DNA of 64,000 nt. It comes from Perna viridis. Its lineage: Eukaryota. Under the pieces are notes generated by a model. That model was not told the DNA's origin and made no database searches. It saw only the letters and a program-made list of their open reading frames with translations. A program made the position numbers and the translations under genes. Where the stretch lies: contig CM074512.1 of the NCBI GenBank assembly GCA_037379345.1, forward strand, positions 35,774,001-35,838,000. The letters are read 5' to 3'. Positions within the stretch are counted from its first letter, which is position 1, and each line of letters begins with the position of its first letter. This document shows, in pieces, positions 27,683 through 38,734 of this stretch.

Positions 27683-30383
27683 GTAAGTATATCAAACTGT
27701 CCTTCATCAATTAATCAACAAAATACAAAAGCAGCAGTCAAAGCCCCAATACTAGATACAGTTCACAATAATAACATCACACTTTTCGGTCATACAAACA
27801 TCTTGAGTTGATCATGTAAAAATGTCATGATTAATGCTTAATTTATTTGTTCAACAAGTATTTATTTTCCAGAATATGATTCCACCTCTCAATTCCAGTC
27901 TCTTATTAAGGACATAAGTAAGCGAGTACCTATATAACTGTCTCTATATGTAGCACTCTTTAACCAATGGGAAATACTAGTATGCTTTAAACCATCAAAA
28001 GTTCATCCCAAATGTATCATAATATTTCATTCTAGCTAAGTATATTGGTGCAAAAATATCGAATCCCCAAATCAGCACAAAATTTGGACCATTTGAAAAA
28101 AGTGTCGAAGATTTAACAATTTTCATGTGTTGTTCCATCTGGAGGTCAATACTTGAATTTTATTAATACACAGCAGTAACCTATCAAATGTTCTCTATCT
28201 AATAAATTTGGATATTTTGTATGTTAAAAACTTTCACTCACAAGCTTTCTTCCACTAAAATGTCACAACACATTTCTCTGGTGACATTAACTGATGATTT
28301 AAAATATCAATTAAATTTAAATTCAAATAAAAATAACAATTATAATCATTGAGCAAAACTTTAGCCTCGGATTAACAAACCCACCCTTTAAATTGGAAAT
28401 TTTTTTTTTGTATGAAATCTTGATCCCCTACATCCTGGATCCCCCACAACTTCGCAAATATTTGGTCAAATAATAGATCAACAACAAAAAATTCGAACTT
28501 TTACAAAACACAGAAACAATGTTTGGTGTAAATGTTATCTTGCATCATATGCAATATTTTTTTTCTTTTGTTTTCATGATAACAAATAAAAAAGTTAATA
28601 ATGTCTACATGCTTTTGACAGTAGTGCTAGAAATATCTAAGCACTGACTAGTCCTACCACATGGCAAATGCATAACATAACATTTTGTAAGAGAGGCATA
28701 CAATTTGGTGATTTCATTTTGCAAGGTATTGCCTATGCCACATAACCCTCACATAAAGCTGAAATGATCCTGTAAGACTTGCATCAAATATGAGATAAAC
28801 ACTTTAGTAATTAAGACCCATTTGCTGTTGAAAAAATATCATGTATATTCAGCTATGGGAGGTATACATATGTAGGTTACTATTGAACATATGTAGGTTA
28901 CTATTGATATAGCAAACCCTGACATTAGGAGTTGCATGTAAAACATCTTTTCTAATTTGCCACATCTTAAGACACAGTATTACATTTCCACATGAAACGG
29001 CAACCAAAGGAGAATCAAATTACGTAACATATCGACTCCATTCATCATCATAAAACTTCCATAACTGGAAATTAGTCTTTGGTCTTTACGCAAACATAAA
29101 AGATCGGCATGACATAATATTTATTGCATCAAATATCATTAAAACCTAGCAGCCAAAAATCTAATCGTCAAAAATAGAAGTAAATCAACAGGTTTGATGC
29201 TAAAATCTTCATTTAAATTTTTTTCTACAAGCTTCCCTTCCAAAGCAAGAGATATTTCTAATGATATTAGTGCTTCACATTGATTTCTTGTCAAAGCTGG
29301 GTAAATCTTGCTAAAAGGTATAGTTTGTAATTATTGCATATGATTAAAATGTCGGTAAATCTTGTTGGATTTTAATCAACCTCACATTAAACTGAAATAC
29401 AAATAGAAAAATAGGTGCAGCTAGACAAGTAGTCATCTCCCAGTACAAATAAGTGTAAATATTATAATCATGTTAGCATAAGTATTGACCTCATTTTGTA
29501 TGTTTAAAAGGTTGGTAACCAAAGCTTTTAGACAGCACTGTTAAATGACTTAAGAAAGGGTACAGCAATAGCAGAGCAGAGGGCATAATTTTTTCCAAAT
29601 GCAAAAAATATGACTTAAGAAATTCGTAAACCTTAATCTTTAAACATGTTATTAATCTTGCAGATATGTGACACTGTACTAAACTCAAAGCTGACTTATT
29701 GTTCGATATGGTAGAACATAATCTTCTGTTTTCAAGGGGTACAAGTCTAGAAAATAAACTAATCGCACAACTTTATCTTATTTATTCCCAAATTAAAATA
29801 CACTCTAGGGTTATGTCAAAGGAAGAGTCAATTTCCAAACACCAGCTACTCATATTATTTAGATTCACAACCAATAAAATATCCCAATCTTAGAGGGAAC
29901 TCATGGTGATATCTGTTTGTCTGTCTGTCTGTTTGTCCATCATATACAATGTTAAAAATGCACAATACCTTTTAACCAACAGGCAGTGATTACATTTCCA
30001 TGGGAATTTTCATTTGTCCTCTGCAGTTTTCATGAGAGATGTCAATTCTAAAGGCAATCACCAATTTGAGTATCAGCATTGAGACTTTATTTTTCAATTA
30101 TTTGGCAGTTTTATCTCCTCTTAAACAACTAGATATTTTTCAATATCACATCATGGGGCAATGTGATATGAGCTAGTGACGTGAAACATTTGCTGCTGTG
30201 ATTGGTTATGTGATTGTGATGCATAATCAATAAAATCTGACTGGCTACAGTGACATTGTGATGTTTCTGACGTTATTCTGCTGTAACAACTGGTGATGTC
30301 ATAGACAGACAAAGTCTGAAACTTCCATCATGGCAGATGCCGAATGTCAGGCAGCCAAATATCCACAGAAATCATAGAGAAAA

Positions 30384-30541
30384 AGGTTATATAACTTGTG
30401 AAATTTGAAAATTGCAAAATTACAACTCACATTATATAATTTTAACATCATAAATCCCCAAGGCTTTTTTGTTATGATGTTGAAATTTGATAACTTCAGT
30501 TGTTATTCTGCAAAATTCAACTTTCACTCATTATGAAACCT
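30384..30541. repeat. About 158-bp imperfect palindrome (fold-back element)
   Basis: The arm AGGTTATATAACTTGTGAAATTTGAAAATTGCAAAATTACAAC...AACATCATAA pairs with TTATGATGTT...GTTGTTATTCTGCAAAATTCAACTTTCACTCATTATGAAACCT. Confidence 0.7.
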
Positions 30542-30910
30542 ACAGGTCAAAACCCCACCAAACTCATTTTATTTCATATTTAGAAACAATTACAGATCAC
30601 ATAACCAGTGTTAAGTTGCTCATTTGAAATTAAAATCATACAAATTGTACATTAAAATGGCACTACGTAGTACCCACAAGTTAATATTTAAACAGGGAGA
30701 CACATGTTTATTATATAGATAGCAGTGTTTTATCGAATGTTCCCAGTGAAATAAATTTCGATAATTCACACTGTGAAATAAATTTGGTAATTTCACAATC
30801 GGACTTTCTTCCACCAAAATGTCACAACTTTGAAATCAATCTGCCATTCACAAAATTTGAAATATATGTTGAAAATACAACAAATAATCGAGGAAATCTA
30901 TATCAAAAAT

Positions 30911-31079
30911 AGGTTAATCAGTTGGTTATTGTGAATAACCGAAATATGATTACTCATGCCAAGAACGCAGTAAGATTTATCTGGTGCGCAGAACAAGTTC
31001 CGCACATTCATTAAATCTATGCGTTCTTCGGCACTCACGATAGTATTTTGGTTATTCACACCTCCCAATCAATTATCCT
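30911..31079. mobile_element. Palindromic MITE-like element; second, inverted copy at 33882-34028
   Basis: Nested IRs AGGTTAATCAGTTGG/CCAATCAATTATCCT, GTGAATAACCGAAATA/TATTTTGGTTATTCAC and GCCAAGAACGCA/TGCGTTCTTCGGC. Confidence 0.7.
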
Positions 31080-32696
31080 GTTAATCTTTTTCTTAAAAAT
31101 ACAGATCTGGACACAAAAGACTATAGCTACTTAAAAAATGGTATATGTAGACTGAAAAGACAGCAATAGTTTGGAGATTTTTTTCTGTACCTAGTATCAC
31201 ATCTACAATTGGCAATTTCTGAATTTCATAGGGATTGGTTCATAAAATATTTCTTCCGTCACATTAGCATAATTCAGATTTCTAATATGCCAACTTAAGA
31301 TCACATATCAAAAATCCAAATTTAGCCATCCCTAAGGAGAGAGCTTTTTCTCCTGATCTGTATTTCTTTGAGAAAATTACATATCTCATTCCAGAGAAGG
31401 TTTGGTGGCAACTTTTCACTGGTCTCAACAATAGATCATGTTCTCACATGCTGCACCATTTCATGAGAAAGTGTCATTTGGTTCAAATATAATCTTTGTT
31501 GTTGCAGTATCACAATCTGTTTCGTAACTTTTAACTAAATTTTCAAAACAGTAGTTCTGGGAAACAGTTTGTTTCACTCTTTAAAACTTGAATGCCTCAA
31601 AGAAAGCCAGTGTTTAAGCTATACACCTAAGATCAGCAGAGACTACATATCTTTAAACTAAAAAAAAAGTCAAGATCACTATAGATTACTCCTAGCTCCT
31701 CACACCAGTAACCTCAAGTTTAAAACAAAATTGCTACCAGTAACAGGCAGATCCCGTCAATCTGAACCATATCCAACTATTTGGCATATCTTCATAAAGC
31801 TTCTGTTAAAATTGTGTAGCTGTGTGAGTAGTTTAAGAGAAAACTAGTTAATAAAAAAATATCTAAAAGGACTAACAGAAAATTATTATAACCCTCTTAC
31901 ACAGCAGGGAGTATAAAAAGTCACATCTCAAAAATATTTAAGTGTTCTAGGAATCTGCCAAAGGATGTTAATATGAAACATACTTAGTAAAAAGAACAGA
32001 ATATATTTCTTTCACAGGACAAACAAAATTGTTGTCTTCATTGTTTTGCACCAGTCAATACTAAATAAATGGAATCATAAATGTAGAAGCAGTAATGTTA
32101 GTTAAAGTTCATTTTCTTTCAAACTACTTTAGACTTAACTGAAGCCTGCATTTACCTCAGATTTTAAGAAGTTTCAATCACAAGAATGAAAACTGAATGG
32201 TTGCATGTACATAAAACCTGAATATTACATGTAATGCATTACATTAAGGAATATAAATTCTAGGCAACTAAATTGAGTCAATGATATAATAATATTTTTA
32301 TCAAGGAATCATTATGCTCTGGTTATTATATCTGAAATGCACTCCAAAATTTATGAGCACATTTATGAAAATAATTTCTCTTTATTTGATTAATCCACAA
32401 TGTACTTTAAGTCCATGAAGCCATATTAATATGATATTCACCATAAAACTGCCACAGAAAAATTAATAGAATATTGCTAAAACTTTTGTCATACACTTCA
32501 GACAAGGGCAATAACTCTTGATTTTTCTTATCAACAAATCTAATTATATGATTTCTGTATGTTCACCTAAGTCATAAAAGTGAGTGCAATATTTTTGCTC
32601 TGAATCAGAACCAGTGGAAATATTTGTAGTCAGAAATCAGGACAACATAAAGAAATATAAGTGTCTGTCCAAAAAGAGATATTGAAAACTTCTGAA

Positions 32697-33703
32697 ACAA
32701 GAGGCTCCCATGAGCCTGAATCTCTCATCTGGTTAAATTTTTGCCTTTCAAGGGTAATAACTCTAACAAGAAGTTGTCCAACAATTTTGACTCCAGGAAG
32801 ACTTTGGTAGGACTTATCACAAGGATCATTCATCAATCGGAAGTTTCATTCAATCTATTATAGTTTTCAAGATATTGACAGAAAACTACAAAAAACCAAT
32901 TTTTTGCCTTTCAAGGGCAATAACTCTTATATGGAGTCATGTGACAACTTTGGTGCCTGGAGACTTTTGTAGGCCTTATAAAAAGAATCATTTCAGCAAT
33001 CGAAAGTTTCATTCTATCTATCATAGTTTTCAAGATACAGGCTGAAAACTATAAAAAAAAATGTCATTTTTCACCTTTCAAAGGCAATAATAACCCTTTC
33101 ATGGAGTTGTATAACAACTTTGATCCCTTAAAGACTTATAAAAAGGATATTTCAGCAATTGAAAGATATTGGCCAAACCTAACGGTTTTGGAGATATATG
33201 CAAAAAACTACTGTACTATTCCTATGTTCTATTTTCAGTAAAGGCGGCAATGTTTTTTAACCAATCAAAAATCCAAACGGTCATTTTTTTAAGTATACCC
33301 TAAAAACAAAAATACCAGCTTTCATCAAATTCTGTATAGTAGTTTCTGAGGAGAAGACTTTTAAAAGTAATAACATCAAAAACAGCAAAAAATGTCCAAA
33401 GAGGACAATAACTCCAACATGGATCCACAGATTTTCACTAAAATTTGACCACATATAGATCTCATCATGCTAAATACTTTAACCCATTCAGAATTTGGCT
33501 AAACCTAACGATTTTTGAGATATATGCAAAAATCTGTCTGAACCCTATGTTCTATCTTTAGTAATGGCTGCCATGTTTTTTAACCGATCAAAAATCCAAA
33601 CGGTCATTTTGTGCAGGATACTCTGAGGAACAATCATAAATTTCATGCAACTCTATTCAGTAGTTTCCAAGGAGAATGGCCTATGGCCAGGTGAGCTAAA
33701 AAA
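32697..33703 (-). mobile_element. HINE-type non-autonomous element, family copy 1
   Basis: ACAAG plus hairpin AGGCTC-CCAT-GAGCCT (32702-32717) and a degenerate sub-TIR at one end, CCAGGTGAGCTAAAAAA at the other. Internal repeats of about 165-175 bp start 'tttcaagggcaataactct'. Confidence 0.75.
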
Positions 33704-33881
33704 GAGATACCAAAAACCTGCCCTATAAAGACCTATTAATTTTCTCTCCAATATGTGTGATAGTTGTCCTTAACTTATACTCAACTTATTGAGACAAATA
33801 TTACTAACAATATGCTCTTCAATATCTATTGATCACTGGATAAAATTTCATGGAAATCCAGTGAATCATGAGAGTACTAAT

Positions 33882-34028
33882 AGGATAATTAATTGGAAAG
33901 TGGGAATAACCAAAATATTTTAACGTGTGCCCGAAGAACACCTAGATTTAACGAATGTGTGGAACTTATTCCACACACGAGTTAATCCTTAAGCGTTCTT
34001 GGCACGATTTATCATATTTTAATTATTC
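33882..34028. mobile_element. Truncated inverted copy of the 30911-31079 MITE
   Basis: AGGATAATTAATTGG...GAATAACCAAAATA...GAAGAAC...GCGTTCTTGGCA...TTATTC aligns to the reverse complement of 30931-31079. Confidence 0.7.
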
Positions 34029-34120
34029 ATGATAAACTGTAAAATGCCGAAGTCCATAACCAATTTTTTTCACAAAACTTGTTGAGAATGACATTCTTGA
34101 AATATGTAAATCATTATATA

Positions 34121-35356
34121 CTGTATTCTTCCGTGTATACCACACACTTTTTTTTCGACTTTTTCTTTGTTCCAGAAGGGGAGTGCGCGGTATACACCAA
34201 AACAATGAGTTTCTAGATATTTTTTTTTTCAGGAGACACAATTTTAAGGTCCGTAATTTTTGGGAATCAGAACCGAAGTCATCAAGTAAGACAACATCGA
34301 GCCATTTAGTATTTTTGAGAACAGTTTTATGTGAAATAAACAAATAAAGTTTTACTATTATTTAATGGTTGTTTTATCCATCAATGCAGTTTCCTTGCAT
34401 TTCATAGTTTGTACGAAAAACCATGACCAGCTTCTTACTGTTCTCTCAAAACAAGTCGTCTAATTATAACTTCTTCACCTGTGCGTGGTGGAGCGTTAAA
34501 TACACAATAACGGGTGTGCCAACATGTCCTCGGGGCCCATTGTCATTTACTTATCAAATAACAAAAGATCAATTTAAAAGGTGAAACAATTGTCACTCAT
34601 CCTTTAATCTGCTTGATGTACTGTTTCCAGATGTCAGATATCAATACACAACTTGGCAAATTAAAACTCCTTTTTTTTAAACAGTTGGACTTGACATATT
34701 GTTTTAGTGAAATACCTGATTTGCATACAAACAGGAAATGTAAACATTTCAGCTGATTTGGATCCAATACATCGCTGTATAAGCAGGGTAGGAAACTCAC
34801 TAAAATTCTAGCCAGTCCTGAATACAATTTTTCAATATATTTACTATATGGCTATATAGATTTTTGCTAAAATTTGCCAGCCCTGCCAAAAAATAGACCC
34901 TTTTGTGGTAAGCTGGTGAGCAAGCTCAATATACACTTCCACAAGGTAGGGCTTGGGTCGAACAAAAGAATTTTCCTCGCAAAAGTGTATATTGAGCATG
35001 CTCTACGCATGCTCATCAACCACCCCAACGTTAGCACAAAAGGGTCTATAGCCAGTCTCGGGCTGGCGGGCGGGCTACTTTTTCTAACAATGGTATAAAC
35101 TATTATAATTAATTAATGGCTTGCAAACGCAGGGAAACTTAGAGAAATACTTTTATTTAAAAGATTAATAATGAAAAGATACACATTTCAGGGAATTTAT
35201 CGGAATCCTTTCATCTCATTGTGGTCTTCTGCTGGTGATTTTTCCTCGCTTCCCAGTCCGCGTTTTACACGGAAACTAACTTTTTTCGTCGATCTTCCTG
35301 GTCAAGAAGGGGGTGCGCAGAATACACAGATGCGGGTAATACATGGAAGAATACTG
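34121..35356. mobile_element. Non-autonomous Tc1/mariner (pogo-like) element, 1236 bp
   Basis: TIRs CTGTATTCTTCCGTGTATACC versus reverse complement CAGTATTCTTCCATGTATTACC, with TA on both flanks (34119-34120, 35357-35358). Sub-terminal motif AGAAGGGG(A)GTGCGC occurs near both ends. No transposase recognised. Confidence 0.75.
34893..35049. mobile_element. Fold-back MITE nested in the pogo-like element
   Basis: TIRs ATAGACCCTTTTGTGGTAA / TTAGCACAAAAGGGTCTAT, plus inner IR GAGCAAGCTCAATATACACTT / AAGTGTATATTGAGCATGCTC. Confidence 0.7.
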
Positions 35357-36589
35357 TAGTAATCAAACACTGAATGAAGTTTCGTGAGAATCAGTTAGTA
35401 AAATATAAGAAGATATAGACAATGTTTTGTTGGTCTCACAGAATAACTTAAAATCAATGACAGATATGCATTACTAACTTAATTAAACCAATTCTACTGC
35501 TGAGACATAACATGAAGCACAAACCATCATGTTAAAGTGTATGTTGCATCATTAAATTGTCAATTTGTGTAAATGATTAGCCTCTTTGAAATCACATACA
35601 ATATGCTGTGGTTTTATTTTCTTCTATATAGCAACAGCCTTCATTTTTAGGCACATAACAACTCTTACCATCTTAAATCCTTTAATATGAGACACAACAA
35701 GTAATAAATCAACACCCTAGAAAAAAAATAATCAAAAAGTAGAAAGAAGTACTATATCATCTGCAACAGTCCTAAAATGCTAGCAGTGTAACCCTCTAAC
35801 GAAAGATGTAAATATCACATAATATTGTAGATCAAAACATTACATGATCACAAGCAAATAGCAATTGTCTACTAACATAGCCATATATTACCTAATGTAA
35901 GCAATACTACTTAACGTCAATGTAAACTCACATTTCAATATTGCATCCTAATTCAGTTTTAGCATGCTAATAATAGTAAAATGTATAGCAAACAGGCATC
36001 AAATATTAGAATAAATTCCCATCCGAGTGTAAAAATGTCTAAGTAATAGTGTCTCAGGATTTTCTGTATATTGCTGTTTCTAAATGAGGTTACTAGATCA
36101 TTGAGGAACTAATGGCTCGCCTGTGTGTCACATACATCTTGGGACAGCTGTACCAAAAATAAGCAAGCTAAGTAATTGAGTTGAAAAAATGTGTTTCTAC
36201 AACAAACTGACTACCAAAGAAACACACAAACCTTTATAGAGCACAGAAAATTCATTATTGAGTATAAAGTTACATGCCAATATATTGTCACTAGGCAAAT
36301 AAAACGAATCAACCTGGGCCATGTTCCCTTCAATTCTGACCACTAGTAGGGCAAATATTAAAGAATAAGATTTTCATTGGGATCTGTAGAAAATTAAAGT
36401 GCTGTTAGCACTGGAGGTTTTTGATTCTTGTGAAAATTGTAGCATGAACAAAATTTCAAAGATAAAATGATATAAAATAAAAATGTTACCATACATTTGC
36501 ATTTTCCATATCATTTGGAACTGTTTGTTCCTTATATGTATAAACTGAATGTCAATCCATACTACTGATCCAACTTTCACTATCTTGGA

Positions 36590-37860
36590 TCTAGGTGTAC
36601 CATCTTTCTTGGAAAAACAATGATGTATAATGTTTTTAAGTGGGGATTTTAAATGAGTATGAGGAACAGAAGTATACAATGTTGAAAAATCACAGGTTTT
36701 AATGCTACTATATTCCGATAATAGTCTTGAATTGATTGTCTCCAAAAGATCTTTCGAATTTTCAGGATCCACATTGAATTAATACCAGTTTTGAAAGAGG
36801 TTTGGTGGTGCATTTGGAATCCAGCTATGAAAATTTCTTTGTATGGATACTTGTGGAGTTCAGGAATCCAGCACGTAGACGGTAAATCACAATCATTGTC
36901 CTCGGTGGAGACCACTATCTCTTCTTTGGAGAGTGCGTTAGCAGTATAGGTCTTATCACTGCTATTATTTTCTAAGTCTACCTCTGATAATAAACACTGG
37001 AAGTAAAACGTTTTGCAGACAAAAACAATGTTATTTTGGAATTTGTCAGCTGGTACGACAACATATTTGTCATGTATAATAGACAATGTTTTTGCTACAT
37101 CGGGGTCTTTGAAAACTGATGTAGCTTTGGCACTCAATGACCTACTTAAAACTTTCATTCGTTTCAAAATTAAAGACCTCATGGCCTTCAACCACTCTGA
37201 CAGAGAATCAATGTCTTCTTGTTCTCGTTTTATCCATTTTCTTGCATAGTCCTTGACAGCGTCCATAAGAACTTTAAAGTTTTAATTCCAATTTATGGAG
37301 CATGGTTCACAGTACTTGGGACCTTTAGAAAGGATATTTCGCAGAGATTCATTATTGATGATGGTTAAATCTCCCGTACTACGTGACCAGACGGACCATA
37401 TTTGAATGGAGAGTTTTTGCAAGAACAGTCAGGTGGTTTAAGTCCTCAATCTCGAGGTTCTGCAATAGCCTTTTATAATTGAAAATTTTGGATGCAGTGG
37501 GTGAAGTATAGGAATATGAAATAATTGGTATGGATTTGTCTTTGAAATATGGGAAAATTTTGTTGGTAATGTTTTTGTGATGGAGGATGTCAGCCAAATT
37601 AATTGCATCTATACCTTTGTTGACAAATGGTAGTGGAAGAAATTATCTTTATTCTTCATCTTGACTTTTCACACGAACTGGTTTAAAGAGTCTGTGGAAA
37701 CCAATATCCAAAATGATGGCAACAAGTCTGTATCATGATGAGGTGGGGTCAGAAACAGGAGTGTCAAGACTTGTTTTGTAAAGGGAGTGTAGTAGTGTGA
37801 GAGGTATAGAATAAAGTTTGGTTCTAATGTGATGATGTCCAAGGAAGGAGACCATCTATG
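36590..37860 (-). mobile_element. Penelope-like retroelement ORF relic (pre-RT region and RT N-terminus; Naiad-like)
   Basis: Broken frames: GHHHIRTKLYSIP..RLFKPV..FVNKGIDAINLADILHHK..PIISYSYTSPTASKIFNYK..CSCKNSPFKYGPSGHV..GDL..LSKGPKYCEP..KYVVVPADKFQNNIVFVCK..LPSTCWIPELHKYPYK..SIKTCDFSTLYTSVPH. The ADK, PKLHK-like and DFSTLYT motifs are typical of PLE RT. Stops and frameshifts present; it ends before the catalytic DD motif. Confidence 0.88.
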
Positions 37861-37864
37861 GAGA

Positions 37865-38250
37865 CATCTACAAGATAGAGGTCATCACAACATTAGTTTT
37901 ATGGTTGCCATCATGAACTTGTGAATCATTACAATGTATCCATCTGCACCATGAAAACTGATTTGTTCGTCGTGTCATAGTTTTCCTTTCCTCTTTCGTT
38001 TACCCAGGACTTGACTTTTTATAAGCAACTCCGCAGGTTGTAAAAAGGATGCTTACCCTGCCTGTGCCCTGGTTCATGCTCCCAGTTTTTAGTGGAGTCT
38101 GAGTTTCTCATTTGCTTTTGTTGCTTTGTATGTATTATTTTAGTTACTTAATGTTCTCTGTTACGTATGTCTTTTTTCCATGTTTGGTCTTTGTCCCTGG
38201 ATTGCTTTCTTTTGATTTCCGCTAGAACCTTGGTTTTCTTGATTACTCTT
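37865..38250 (+). mobile_element. Inverted Penelope-like tail (RT C-terminus plus 3' UTR; pseudo-LTR)
   Basis: Plus frame TR*RSSQH*FYGCHHELVNHYNVSICTMKTDLFVVS* (stop 37978-37980) resembles the PLE RT C-terminus. The following 270-bp UTR is also present at 51266-51549 and, inverted, at 57104-57386. Confidence 0.8.
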
Positions 38251-38734
38251 TATTTATACTTAAATAAAACAAATTTCAGCATAAGAAAATACTTTCCTTG
38301 ATGAACACAAGATGTTCAAAAACTTCAACATTTTTATTAATTCAAATTTTCCCACCAATTTTACTTGGCTAAAAACACTGTTCACTTCCTGTTTATCAAT
38401 GGTAAAATATTATTGATAGGATGAAAAATTTGACTGATAAGTATGTTAAATGGAACATGCTTAACACATGAAATGTTTCTTGACACATTACTGGAGAAAC
38501 TAAATTGCAAATGTATTACTAAATACCTTTCAAGGCTAAAAAAGAGTCCCTCAAATCTTCATGTGAAAATTTGATATTAATTTATTTGCAGAAATAATAG
38601 AATATTATTGAACTCAATAATTAAAAAAAAACATATTTGCTGGTTATAACAGAGGTACTGAATGATATAAAAGAAATTACATTTGAACTATATTTTTGTT
38701 TAGTGTTCAGAAATAGTAGGGAAGTTCCTGTGAT

